This document shows positions 16,584 to 24,609 of a stretch of 28,509 nucleotides of DNA, in pieces. Below the pieces are notes generated by a model. The model saw only the letters and a program-made list of their open reading frames with translations, was not told the origin of the DNA and did no database searches. The DNA comes from a virus (taxonomy: Duplodnaviria > Caudoviricetes). The first letter of the stretch is position 1; the number at the start of each line of letters is the position of its first letter. Made by a program: the position numbers and the translations under genes. Location: positions 1 through 28,509 of the IMG/VR virus record IMGVR_UViG_3300037510_000305; one strand, given 5' to 3'.

Positions 16584-16663
16584 GATGTTGACGGTTGAAG
16601 CGGATTCGTGTGAGATGGTGGCCGAAGGTGATACGGCAATGGGTTACAACGAAGGAGACGACA

Positions 16664-16915
16664 ATGGGTAAAGTCCCGACCTTGATGTGTGATGGATGTC
16701 AATGGAAGCTTGGCGATGATGGAGCCTTGCTCTTCCGCGACGAACGCTTTGTCGTGAACGACTTCCAAGGATGGGAGACGGCGGACCCGTCCCACGCTTT
16801 GACGTTGACGATCCGCAACGCGTTGATGTCCATAACCATCGTCAAGGAATTGATCGAAACGGCCGCTACGGACCGGGAGAGAGCTCGGCAAGAGATTACG
16901 CGGTTGCGACGGTGA
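16664..16915 (+). CDS. Hypothetical protein (83 aa)
   Basis: AAGGAG RBS before MGKVPTL; first ORF of the plus arm. Confidence 0.55.
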   Translation: MGKVPTLMCDGCQWKLGDDGALLFRDERFVVNDFQGWETADPSHALTLTIRNALMSITIVKELIETAATDRERARQEITRLRR

Positions 16916-17041
16916 CCACACGGCGGACGTAGGCAACGTTCCATCGGTGGCCGGTATTGACACGAATTTGTGTTGACTCCGGCCACCCGTAGAGCGACCA
17001 TACGTAACCCCGCCATTCCGGCGGCATGACTGGAGACGACA

Positions 17042-17617
17042 ATGACGACGAAGAAGGTCGAAACCGACACCGAAGGCAAGCTCACGGGCCGTGTTCTGTT
17101 CCTGTTCGATGACCACAAACCGGCGAAGGATAACGAACCGGGCGTGGATTCGTTCGAGGTGTTCGAGCTGACCAAGGTGCCCGGCGCGGAGACGTTGGAC
17201 CCCAACACCATGGCCGGGCGCTTGGCCATCCACGGGGCGAGCCAGAAGATCGGCGATTCGTATGCCGGTGTGGCGAAAGAGACCGATCCCCTCGCCATGG
17301 CAAAGGCGAATGTCAAGGACACCATCGCGCAGCTTTACGCTGGCACGTGGCGCGTCAATGCCGGTGGCGGTCCACGCGTGAACGACTTGGCCGTGGCCAT
17401 CTCCCGCGTCACTGGCGAGCCGCTCGAGGGCGAAGACGGTTGCATCGCCTACGTTGCGGCCATGTCGGAAGACGACAAAAAGGCCGAACGGGCGAAGCCG
17501 AAGATCAAGGCCGCGCTCGCCGCCATCGCCGCCGAAAAGGCAATCGAACGTGCGAAGAAGGCTGCAGAGGCGGCTGCGGCTGCCGAGGCTGCGGAAGCGC
17601 CGCCCGCCACCGCCTAA
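17042..17617 (+). CDS. Conserved-looking phage hypothetical protein with Ala/Lys/Glu-rich tail
   Basis: GGAG RBS, strong codon bias, 'LAIHGASQKIGDSYAG' motif, followed by its own terminator. Confidence 0.85.
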   Translation: MTTKKVETDTEGKLTGRVLFLFDDHKPAKDNEPGVDSFEVFELTKVPGAETLDPNTMAGRLAIHGASQKIGDSYAGVAKETDPLAMAKANVKDTIAQLYAGTWRVNAGGGPRVNDLAVAISRVTGEPLEGEDGCIAYVAAMSEDDKKAERAKPKIKAALAAIAAEKAIERAKKAAEAAAAAEAAEAPPATA

Positions 17618-17642
17618 CGCCCACCGGGCCCCGCCCAACGTC

Positions 17643-17674
17643 AGCCCAGGTGCCCGTGGCCTGGGCTTTCGTTT
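17643..17674 (+). terminator. Rho-independent terminator
   Basis: AGCCCAGG-tgcccgtgg-CCTGGGCT followed by TTCGTTT, just after the 17617 stop. Confidence 0.8.
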
Positions 17675-17755
17675 GCCCCGAAGAAACCGCTGGGCGCTGC
17701 CCAAGCCCTTCAGCCATATCATGGGATCGATTTACAGGAATGTTTAGGCTTGTTC

Positions 17756-18054
17756 AGATACCTGCAAAAGCCTACAAAAGCCTATGCCTATAGTGCCTAA
17801 AAAAGCGTAAACAAGCCTATAGTGCCTATTTCGTACCCCCCCATCTCCCCACACCCATAACGCTATGATCATCCCCACCTTAACGCGTACAACGGCTCTT
17901 CTTTTTTTTTTTTATTTTTTTTAGAAGAGAGAAGGGAGAGTGGATCGAGGTGGGGAGAGATCGATGGGGGGGTATGCAAAATAGGCACTACAGGCTTTGT
18001 TAGGCTTTTTTAGGCACTATAGGACTAGGTATTTATAGGCTTTTGTAGGTATCT
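17756..18054. repeat. ~300-bp imperfect inverted repeat with internal (A)GCCTA repeats around a poly-T core; candidate replication origin
   Basis: Left arm ~17756-17852 matches the reverse complement of ~17950-18054. The centre has CTCTTCT-(T-tract)-AGAAGAG. Confidence 0.85.
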
Positions 18055-18096
18055 AACGAGAGCTATAAGAACCTGAAAAAAGAATTATAGAATCTA

Positions 18097-18126
18097 TTGA
18101 CAGGGGGAAAGAAAGTGTGATACGCT
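18097..18126 (+). promoter_or_regulatory. Sigma70-type early promoter
   Basis: TTGACA, 18-nt spacer, TACGCT with TG extension, upstream of the early gene run. Confidence 0.65.
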
Positions 18127-18169
18127 GCGCGGGTTCGGACCAAAAAGACAAAACACTGGAGAAACGAAA

Positions 18170-18334
18170 ATGAACACTTCGCTTATCGCTCGTGCATTGC
18201 CCACAACTGTAGGCGGCTATCGCGCCGTCGTGCAAGAAGCTGGGCTTATCAAGCTCGTCTCTGTCGTCAGGTACAAGAACCGCAACGCTGCCACATTCGT
18301 CGCCATGCAGCTGAAGAAGGCCATGCAAGCATGA
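18170..18334 (+). CDS. Hypothetical protein (54 aa, MNTSLIARAL...)
   Basis: GGAG RBS; ATGA overlap with the next ORF. Translated by me (below the ORF-track cutoff). Confidence 0.6.
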   Translation: MNTSLIARALPTTVGGYRAVVQEAGLIKLVSVVRYKNRNAATFVAMQLKKAMQA

Positions 18335-18429
18335 AGAAGAAAGAAAAGGCTTACATCTACACCCGCGTCGGGATCATCCTCTTCGCCGTGGGCCTTTGGA
18401 TCACGCTCGTCGTGAGGGCCAGCGTATGA
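18331..18429 (+). CDS. 32-aa single-TM peptide
   Basis: MKKKEKAYIYTRVGIILFAVGLWITLVVRASV, coupled by ATGA overlaps on both sides. Confidence 0.55.
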   Translation: MKKKEKAYIYTRVGIILFAVGLWITLVVRASV

Positions 18430-18578
18430 AGCCAGAAACCCAAGTCTTCGGTGGCGTGGCGGAAGGGCAGGACCAGCCGCATGCCCATTACTGGGGCCAC
18501 AAGGGCTGGTATCATGCCTGGTTTGGGAGAGGGAATTGGAACTGGTTTTTCGGGCAGAGGAGCACGAACAATGGCTAA
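18426..18578 (+). CDS. 50-aa Trp/His/Gly-rich hypothetical protein
   Basis: ATGA overlap; MKPETQVFGG...HYWGHKGWYHAWFGRGNWNWFFG. Confidence 0.5.
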   Translation: MKPETQVFGGVAEGQDQPHAHYWGHKGWYHAWFGRGNWNWFFGQRSTNNG

Positions 18579-18906
18579 AGCCAAGAAGCTGAAGGGCAAG
18601 CGGACGTACACGAAGCGGGCACCACGCTGGGCAGACAGGTCGAAACGCGTAACCAAGGCGGAAGTCGAAGCGCAGACGCAGGCGCAAAGCGGATCGCAAG
18701 CTTCGCCGCAGGCTTGGTACACGCCTGACATCCTCGCGCACCACAACGGCCGCACGTGGCAGGCTGAAGCCTACGCCAGCGAATCAGCCAAGCGCATGGA
18801 GCTGGAAGCTCGCGTGAAAGAGCTGGAGAAAACCGCGAAGCAGAACGAGCTATGGTTCGACATGTTGAACAGACTGATCGAAGTTCTTTTCAAGGGAGTT
18901 CGCTGA
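18571..18906 (+). CDS. Hypothetical protein, basic N-terminus and coiled coil
   Basis: GAGGAG RBS before MAKAKKLK. Confidence 0.7.
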   Translation: MAKAKKLKGKRTYTKRAPRWADRSKRVTKAEVEAQTQAQSGSQASPQAWYTPDILAHHNGRTWQAEAYASESAKRMELEARVKELEKTAKQNELWFDMLNRLIEVLFKGVR

Positions 18907-18907
18907 C

Positions 18908-19060
18908 ATGAGCTCCCTGCAGCTCAGGTATCTGGAAGCCCTACGACACACGGGAGGGATTTTGTCGCCTGAACACGAACAGGCTTGTATCGCAGAGATC
19001 AAACATATGAATGCTGCAGAGCTTCGGCAAGCAATCGCGGCAAGTGTGGGAGAAAACTAA
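18908..19060 (+). CDS. Hypothetical protein (50 aa, MSSLQLRYLE...)
   Basis: GGGAG RBS; fills the gap between neighbouring genes exactly. Confidence 0.55.
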   Translation: MSSLQLRYLEALRHTGGILSPEHEQACIAEIKHMNAAELRQAIAASVGEN

Positions 19061-19061
19061 C

Positions 19062-19301
19062 ATGAGCAGAGAGTTCATTCTGACAAGCGGCGCACATGCA
19101 CTCAACATCGGGCCTGATCAGAACATGGGCCCTACGTACAACGACCGAGGGGAAGTAGACACGAAGTACGGGAAGTACATCCTGATGCAGATGTTGCCCA
19201 TCGTACCACAGACCCTCGTCTTCGTTCACACGAGCAACATCCTGCGCGAAGTGACAAAGGCTGTCAGACCCACACCAAAGGTCACAGCCGAGGCTGCCTG
19301 A
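19062..19301 (+). CDS. Hypothetical protein
   Basis: GGGAG RBS before MSREFIL; tight packing. Confidence 0.6.
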   Translation: MSREFILTSGAHALNIGPDQNMGPTYNDRGEVDTKYGKYILMQMLPIVPQTLVFVHTSNILREVTKAVRPTPKVTAEAA

Positions 19302-19305
19302 ATCC

Positions 19306-19545
19306 ATGAACATCACTGCGCACCTGACGTTTGAAGACGCGGACCATGACCAGGCTGTGGTCCGCGTCACAACGTCACGCTGTTTTTACAGCGTATCCAT
19401 CGAGGGCCTACGATGCACAGTCGTAGGCCCTGGGGTTGAGCGTGAGTTCAGCTTCGAGGGAGGTGGAGACATGCTTATGTTTGAGGACATAAGCTACAAA
19501 GGCCTCGCCATCATCGCCGTCACACTGTTAGAGGAGGAAGAATAA
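19306..19545 (+). CDS. Hypothetical protein
   Basis: In-operon ORF with GAGG upstream. Confidence 0.6.
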   Translation: MNITAHLTFEDADHDQAVVRVTTSRCFYSVSIEGLRCTVVGPGVEREFSFEGGGDMLMFEDISYKGLAIIAVTLLEEEE

Positions 19546-19546
19546 A

Positions 19547-19765
19547 ATGGCTGAAGAAAGCGAAAGCGCAAGCACGCGCAAGCCCAAAGTCGATCGCCTG
19601 AAGGCAAAAGACATGATCGTCGTAGTGAATGCCATTGCGGACCCGAACTACAGGCCGTATTGCCTCCGCTGCACGTCACTCATTCGCATGAAGCTCGAGG
19701 AGCCGTTTCTGTGGACGCACGACTGCGGCGCAATCCACGACGAGCGACAGGTGCTGGAGGAGTAA
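19547..19765 (+). CDS. Hypothetical Zn-finger-like protein
   Basis: CLRC...HDC motif; GAGGAGG RBS. Confidence 0.65.
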   Translation: MAEESESASTRKPKVDRLKAKDMIVVVNAIADPNYRPYCLRCTSLIRMKLEEPFLWTHDCGAIHDERQVLEE

Positions 19766-19768
19766 AGC

Positions 19769-19996
19769 ATGAAGCATTTCCTCACAGACATGGCTTTCCC
19801 TATTACGACAGCCGAAGCACCCAACAACTCAGCGCAATTTGGCCTGACCAAGCGTGAGTGGATGGCTGGTATGATTGCCTGCGGTTACGTGGCAAACAAG
19901 GAGCGGCCGCAACATTACGAGCCAGAAGCTGATTCTGACTGGATTCTCAGGTTGACTGATTTGATCCTCGAAAAAGCACAAACCTATAAGGAGTAA
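19769..19996 (+). CDS. Conserved phage early protein ('AFP...GLTKRE..A' family)
   Basis: 'MAFP...FGLTKREWMAGM' matches a widespread small phage protein pattern; GGAGGAG RBS. Confidence 0.75.
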   Translation: MKHFLTDMAFPITTAEAPNNSAQFGLTKREWMAGMIACGYVANKERPQHYEPEADSDWILRLTDLILEKAQTYKE

Positions 19997-20002
19997 GTGC
20001 TT

Positions 20003-20212
20003 ATGCCCCGTCGAACATCACTTGATCTATCCATCGCGCGTGCAAAGGTCATCGCGGCGCGCGCGAACCCCGCTAACGCTCGCTATTACGCCCTCGTTCG
20101 CAACGCAGTCCATTGCTCCCGCTGCGGTCGCGAGCTCACTGACGAGGAGAGCAAACGTCTGGGCATCGGACCAGAGTGCGCGCAGAAGGCACAAGAGGAG
20201 GACGAGGTATGA
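20003..20212 (+). CDS. DUF6011-like Zn-binding protein
   Basis: 'CSRCGRELTDEESKRLGIGPEC' signature. Confidence 0.8.
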   Translation: MPRRTSLDLSIARAKVIAARANPANARYYALVRNAVHCSRCGRELTDEESKRLGIGPECAQKAQEEDEV

Positions 20213-20415
20213 AGATCATGAAGATCAGCCCCGTCACAGGCAATCCTAACACTCGTGACATCAACGTCACGCACGAGCAACTCAATCAGTGGCGTAATGG
20301 CGAGCTGATTCAAAACGTCATGCCCCACCTCACAGCTGACGAAAGAGAGTTTCTAATCTCCGGCTGCACGCCAGAAGATTGGGAGAAGCTCTACGGCAAG
20401 GACACGCCAACATGA
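20209..20415 (+). CDS. Conserved phage hypothetical protein
   Basis: 'SPVTG...LIQNVMPHLTADEREFLISGCTPEDW', a widespread phage motif. Confidence 0.8.
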   Translation: MKIMKISPVTGNPNTRDINVTHEQLNQWRNGELIQNVMPHLTADEREFLISGCTPEDWEKLYGKDTPT

Positions 20416-20585
20416 GCCAGCACCTTGACTACCGCCACACACGTCAGCGTGACAACTTCTCCCGCTACATGAACAAGATTCGCATGGCGGGTGCAGGGGA
20501 GAAAACACTCGACCCAACAAAACACCCTCGGCGGATGCGCGCGCTCAAGGCCCGCCGTCTCACAAACCTGGGGGAAACAAAATGA
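20412..20585 (+). CDS. Small basic hypothetical protein
   Basis: ATGA overlaps at both ends. Confidence 0.55.
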   Translation: MSQHLDYRHTRQRDNFSRYMNKIRMAGAGEKTLDPTKHPRRMRALKARRLTNLGETK

Positions 20586-20791
20586 ACTTCCGCTTCCGCT
20601 TCGAGACCCTTGGAGGTCACACGCACGCTGTGCTCTTTGTCGGCAAGGACAAAGACTACACACACGCAAACTCAGGTCGTATCGTTCTCAGCAACGAGGA
20701 ATGGCGCACCTTTCGCGACACCATCGAGGTAAGCACGAAAGACTTGCTAAGTCCCACATTTGAGTTTCTGGAGCACAATCCCCATGGCTGA
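20582..20791 (+). CDS. Hypothetical protein
   Basis: 'GGHTHAVLFVG' motif; RBS and ATGA coupling. Confidence 0.65.
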   Translation: MNFRFRFETLGGHTHAVLFVGKDKDYTHANSGRIVLSNEEWRTFRDTIEVSTKDLLSPTFEFLEHNPHG

Positions 20792-21158
20792 CAAAAGCGA
20801 CTCCATCATCTTCCCCATCGACCACTTCGGTGTGGTCTCAGCTCCCTTATTCAAACAGCTGCTCACGCAGGACGGTGACAAGCGCAAGCGTAAAAGCGCC
20901 TTCAACGCCATAAGGACAATGTGCAAGCAATTCGGGCTCTTGCCAAAGGATGCTCAGGTCTGGCACATATCCCTCGACGTAGACGCTGCAGGCCAAATCG
21001 CATACCGCATCGACTACACGACGGAGCGACCACACGACAAGCTAGAACAGCCGACAGAGGAATACCTCAAAAAGACAGCGCCAAACGACATCTGTCCAGA
21101 ATGTCTCGCTGACTTATTCAATGGAGCTCGACACAAAGAGGGCTGCAAAAGTGGCTGA
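20784..21158 (+). CDS. Hypothetical protein with C-terminal CxxC...HxxxC
   Basis: GGAG RBS before MADKSDS. Confidence 0.65.
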   Translation: MADKSDSIIFPIDHFGVVSAPLFKQLLTQDGDKRKRKSAFNAIRTMCKQFGLLPKDAQVWHISLDVDAAGQIAYRIDYTTERPHDKLEQPTEEYLKKTAPNDICPECLADLFNGARHKEGCKSG

Positions 21159-21357
21159 AGAACTCTTCCAAATGGAGAGGCCTAACAACTGGGCCAAATT
21201 CGGTCATGGTACCCCCTCAACCGGCGAGGGTTTCGCCTACGCAGCCTGGGTGCGTCGCACGTACTACTATTCAACGATATACAGAGATCGCTGGCAAGAC
21301 GGTCTAACTTTCTTTGGTGCTTGGAATGACCTGAAACGAAGGAGGAGGCAGTCTTGA
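21151..21357 (+). CDS. Hypothetical protein
   Basis: In-operon ORF; start uncertain (GTG 21151 or ATG 21121). Confidence 0.5.
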   Translation: MAEELFQMERPNNWAKFGHGTPSTGEGFAYAAWVRRTYYYSTIYRDRWQDGLTFFGAWNDLKRRRRQS

Positions 21358-21674
21358 CTGAAACAAAACCCCTGCGTGATTACAGCGCATTCAAGTACTG
21401 GCTGTGGGAGCGCATATCTCCCACGGCTGTTCGAGTCTGGCGCACAGACTTCTGTGTCGAGTGCAACGTCGAAGGCGTACTGCACTCTTATGGCTTAATG
21501 GAGGAAAACGATCTCGCCCTCGTCGCATCGAAGCTCACGCGCGCGCAGGGCATTTACCACAAGTTTCCCCTCGTGCGCATCCCATTCGCAGGCGGACCGT
21601 GTTTGTGCGACGAGCACTATAACGCATGGCTGCAGGGCAAGGTCCTGCCATCGGCAGAGGCGGAGACAGTATGA
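21354..21674 (+). CDS. Hypothetical Cys/His-containing protein
   Basis: GGAGGAGG RBS, TTG start; CVEC...CLCDEH. Confidence 0.6.
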   Translation: MTETKPLRDYSAFKYWLWERISPTAVRVWRTDFCVECNVEGVLHSYGLMEENDLALVASKLTRAQGIYHKFPLVRIPFAGGPCLCDEHYNAWLQGKVLPSAEAETV

Positions 21675-21928
21675 AGGAGGTACAAACCGTTTTGGAAATG
21701 TTGCAGCGGTTGGATGAAAAGGAACAGCAAGCTGCAGAGCTGGAAGCAGGCATCCGCGAACTCACACAGCTGAAGAAGCAACATCCTTCAGCCAGCGTAG
21801 AGTTTAATGGAAACAGGGAGAGTCAGTTTGTAGTGCTCGAGGGGACATTTACTACCGAGTCACTACAAGAGATTATTGAGGTAATGACGCTTGTTCCACT
21901 GGATATAAGGTCACGCTGGAATAAGTGA
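21671..21928 (+). CDS. Hypothetical coiled-coil protein
   Basis: GGAG RBS; ATGA overlap. Confidence 0.65.
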   Translation: MKEVQTVLEMLQRLDEKEQQAAELEAGIRELTQLKKQHPSASVEFNGNRESQFVVLEGTFTTESLQEIIEVMTLVPLDIRSRWNK

Positions 21929-21937
21929 GGTAGGTTT

Positions 21938-22396
21938 ATGGCATCACGTAAGAGAAAAGTAGCGGACTTCCCTGAAGAAATGTTGCAAGCATGGACGCTT
22001 GCGACTCAGGGGAAGCTTTGGATCGAGTTCGAGTCTGAAGGAAAGGCTCGTAACTTCCGTCAGCAACTTCACATGTTCCGCAAAGCCTGGATGACCGAGA
22101 ACGGTCCAGGCTCTTGCCAACAGTGGTTCGGTGTGGATCTGATCATCGACCCACGAGGAGACAAGTTCACTGTCACCACAGGAAAGCTGGACTGGAAGAA
22201 GCAGGTTCAGGAGCAGGCAGAGAAAGCTGGAATGCCCCATACTTCTGCGCTTCCCTCAGCAAAGATCGAGCATCCATCACCTATTATTCCACCTGGTATT
22301 GTAGGCAATGAAATTCCAGACGAGGTGGAGAGTACACCTGTCGAAGACGCACTGGCGAAGGGCCTAGAGAAGTTAGGCTTCACGAGTAAATCATAG
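21938..22396 (+). CDS. Hypothetical protein
   Basis: GAGG RBS; 152 aa with a Pro/acidic tail. Confidence 0.7.
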   Translation: MASRKRKVADFPEEMLQAWTLATQGKLWIEFESEGKARNFRQQLHMFRKAWMTENGPGSCQQWFGVDLIIDPRGDKFTVTTGKLDWKKQVQEQAEKAGMPHTSALPSAKIEHPSPIIPPGIVGNEIPDEVESTPVEDALAKGLEKLGFTSKS

Positions 22397-22418
22397 CATC
22401 ATCGGGGGGAATTATTCT

Positions 22419-23213
22419 ATGGTCTCTGACAAATTCGCCCGCCTCCGCGCCAAGCTCGCCTCTGTCGAGTCGTCCGACGTGGGCAAGTTTGACCCACTCA
22501 CAAAAACTTACACCACTGCGCTCTCAACAAAAAAGGACCCGTCCATCCATGCGCTTAATCGAAAGGTTGAAGCAAAGCTCACGGAAACCCGTTCCGCTTC
22601 TGACATTGTGGCTGGATTGCAGAGAAAAGAATTTGTGGCAGAGGAATGGATTCCTGATGCTTACGTCCTCTTCACACGACGTTGGAAATGTCAGTGTGGG
22701 GTGGCTGGCACGTGTCTGGATCGACCAGAGCTCTTCTTACGGCATCGTCATATTCGTCGCCCCAAGAACCTCAATGCACTCAAGGATCCTAACGATCCAG
22801 GTCTGCGCTATCTCCCGGTTAAGATTCTGGCTCTTGCATCACTACCCAGACTCCGCGAGGTTAGTTTTCGCTCGCTCGTTGTCTGCGAAAGCTGCTTTGA
22901 CAAAAAGGAAGCCCTGACATCATGGCAACAAAAACAATCGTCCTCACCCCAGGCAGATATCGTTACAGTGCCAGCGGAGCCGGCGCAACCGGACTCTCGC
23001 CCCCGCTCCGAGATACGGGACTTGTTAGAATCCGCATTCCTACGCAAGCGGTCGTGGAATACGGAAGAGCTGGAAGCAGGCTGGTTACAGTTACAATCGA
23101 CGGGATCGACCTGCGAGCCGTCAGACTTCGCAAGCTTAAATTCCGCCACCTCTGCGCCTGCGCAGGATACGACTTCCCCCACAAGAGAGGATCACCAAAG
23201 TGCCTGCAGTTAA
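22419..23213 (+). CDS. Hypothetical protein with CxC...CxxC Zn-ribbon-like motifs
   Basis: 'WKCQCG...VVCESC'; its low-complexity C-terminus overlaps the next gene. Confidence 0.65.
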   Translation: MVSDKFARLRAKLASVESSDVGKFDPLTKTYTTALSTKKDPSIHALNRKVEAKLTETRSASDIVAGLQRKEFVAEEWIPDAYVLFTRRWKCQCGVAGTCLDRPELFLRHRHIRRPKNLNALKDPNDPGLRYLPVKILALASLPRLREVSFRSLVVCESCFDKKEALTSWQQKQSSSPQADIVTVPAEPAQPDSRPRSEIRDLLESAFLRKRSWNTEELEAGWLQLQSTGSTCEPSDFASLNSATSAPAQDTTSPTREDHQSACS

Positions 23214-23224
23214 AGCAGAAGTAA
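22922..23224 (+). CDS. Hypothetical protein with 'CxCxGYxFPHxRGSxxC' motif (overlapping gene)
   Basis: AAGGA upstream; the C-terminal motif recurs in phage proteins. Confidence 0.65.
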   Translation: MATKTIVLTPGRYRYSASGAGATGLSPPLRDTGLVRIRIPTQAVVEYGRAGSRLVTVTIDGIDLRAVRLRKLKFRHLCACAGYDFPHKRGSPKCLQLKQK

Positions 23225-23276
23225 TAGCAGTTGTAAAAGAGATGAAGTTTGCCATCCTTTATGGCAGACAAGTCGC

Positions 23277-23606
23277 ATGGCCAAAAGTCTGGCTGAGGTT
23301 TCTCTAATGCTCGAATCAGACCGTAACTTCCAAACAATCGAACAGGCATGGTTTGCCTTCCGACGCAACTGCATGTCCGACCTCACCCCTACGAAGATTG
23401 CCAAGGGCTTCGAGGGTTCGTTCTACGCCGGTGCTCAGTCCATGTTCATCATACTGACGGAGGCGCTTAATATCGACCCACAGAATTGTCCCGAAAACTT
23501 TGGCAAGTTGTTTGCCGAAATGCAGGCCTGGTTTGCTGTAGCCCAGGCTGACGCTAAGAGCAAGATGGAGGAAAAGGCAAATGCCTCGAAGAAGCGGACC
23601 CGATAA
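23277..23606 (+). CDS. Hypothetical protein
   Basis: 'AWFAFRR...SFYAGAQSMF' resembles the common phage 'AFYAGA' family. Confidence 0.7.
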   Translation: MAKSLAEVSLMLESDRNFQTIEQAWFAFRRNCMSDLTPTKIAKGFEGSFYAGAQSMFIILTEALNIDPQNCPENFGKLFAEMQAWFAVAQADAKSKMEEKANASKKRTR

Positions 23607-23796
23607 GAAGCAGCTGATTATTCTGCTGCGTACAGACCTCTTGGCAGAGCTCTACCTCCTGCGCCCTGAGCTCCAGCGCGCCGATGGTCACACGCGCTAC
23701 GGCGCAATCAGTGGATACTTCGACCGCCTCGTCCGGGAGGACCTGGAGAAGCGGAAGAAGGAGTTGCAGGCTGTGTCGCAGGACGATCCAGTATGA
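23581..23796 (+). CDS. Small DNA-binding protein (ribbon-helix-helix-like)
   Basis: Basic N-terminus, beta strand, helix 'ISGYFDRLVREDL'; GGAGG RBS. Confidence 0.55.
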   Translation: MPRRSGPDKKQLIILLRTDLLAELYLLRPELQRADGHTRYGAISGYFDRLVREDLEKRKKELQAVSQDDPV

Positions 23797-23999
23797 CAGC
23801 CGAAAAAGACTTAAAGCTTCGCGGGGTGGTCACAATTTGCGTAACTGTGATCGACAATTCAGGAAAGAAGGTCGAACGTGAAGAGACGCTTATCTGCACA
23901 GGAAATCTACTGCCTGAGGTTGGAACGGTACTTCAGCGAGAAGTCTACGAACTTCTGGTACAAGCGGCTCGAGCGGTGGAAACGCCCGGAAAAGGTTAG
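23793..23999 (+). CDS. Hypothetical protein
   Basis: ATGA overlap, AGGA upstream. Confidence 0.55.
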   Translation: MTAEKDLKLRGVVTICVTVIDNSGKKVEREETLICTGNLLPEVGTVLQREVYELLVQAARAVETPGKG

Positions 24000-24069
24000 A
24001 GTCTTCTTCTGGCCAGACAATTGGCTGCTTGCACTTACACTTAAACTCAAATACAACAGGACATTGCGT

Positions 24070-24243
24070 ATGCGACCAGACTGGGAAAAGATCCACAAAG
24101 AGGAAGAGGAGCGAAACCGCATCCGTCTCAACAACTATACTGCCGGCGTCTTCCGCGACTACAACCGCGAAATGGCGCGCCCAGATCGTACATACAACAA
24201 GATGGAAGAGGCGCAGAGGCGCGCAGCCCAGCAGAAGAAATAA
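24070..24243 (+). CDS. Small charged hypothetical protein (MRPDWEK...)
   Basis: AGGA upstream; ends just before the next promoter. Confidence 0.5.
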   Translation: MRPDWEKIHKEEEERNRIRLNNYTAGVFRDYNREMARPDRTYNKMEEAQRRAAQQKK

Positions 24244-24246
24244 TGT

Positions 24247-24275
24247 TTGACAACTGAAATAATAAATGCTACAAT
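24247..24275 (+). promoter_or_regulatory. Near-consensus sigma70 promoter
   Basis: TTGACA, 17-nt spacer, TACAAT with TG extension, upstream of the recombination/replication genes. Confidence 0.85.
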
Positions 24276-24303
24276 TTTCGTCCCGTTTGGAGGAATTAAG
24301 CTT

Positions 24304-24594
24304 ATGTCGATGACAATTGAACAAGCCCAGCGCATCACGGACCTTCGTGTTCGCATGGCGGCTAACGTGAGGGATGGCAAGCCCGCACACGAAGGCATCA
24401 CGACTGAGGACTACGCGGAAGTCCTGTCAGCCATTCGTGGCAATCGTGCAGTGGCTGTCGCTGCCGGCATTGCCAAAGCCAGCGGCAAGGGGACGGGCCG
24501 AGGGAAGAAGGCTGTCGAGGCTGCCCTCGCGACTCCGCCCAGCAAGCCTACTGATCCGAAGTTCGACAAGTTCCGCAAGTTCAACTTCGATTAA
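24304..24594 (+). CDS. Basic hypothetical protein
   Basis: GGAGG RBS; first gene after the promoter. Confidence 0.7.
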   Translation: MSMTIEQAQRITDLRVRMAANVRDGKPAHEGITTEDYAEVLSAIRGNRAVAVAAGIAKASGKGTGRGKKAVEAALATPPSKPTDPKFDKFRKFNFD

Positions 24595-24609
24595 CAGGAA
24601 AAAAGGGAG

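Noticed and set aside
16315-16671. 118-aa plus-strand ORF across the junction
   Set aside because: Spans promoter-like and palindromic sequence with mixed composition and no RBS; more likely non-coding.
16580-17722. 380-aa minus-strand ORF (and nested 208-aa ORF)
   Set aside because: Antisense shadow of GC-rich plus-strand genes that have RBS and terminator; no recognisable motifs.
17756-18054. CRISPR array, IS/MITE ends or protelomerase site
   Set aside because: No regular repeat-spacer periodicity, no transposase or target duplication seen, and the palindrome is imperfect with a long spacer.
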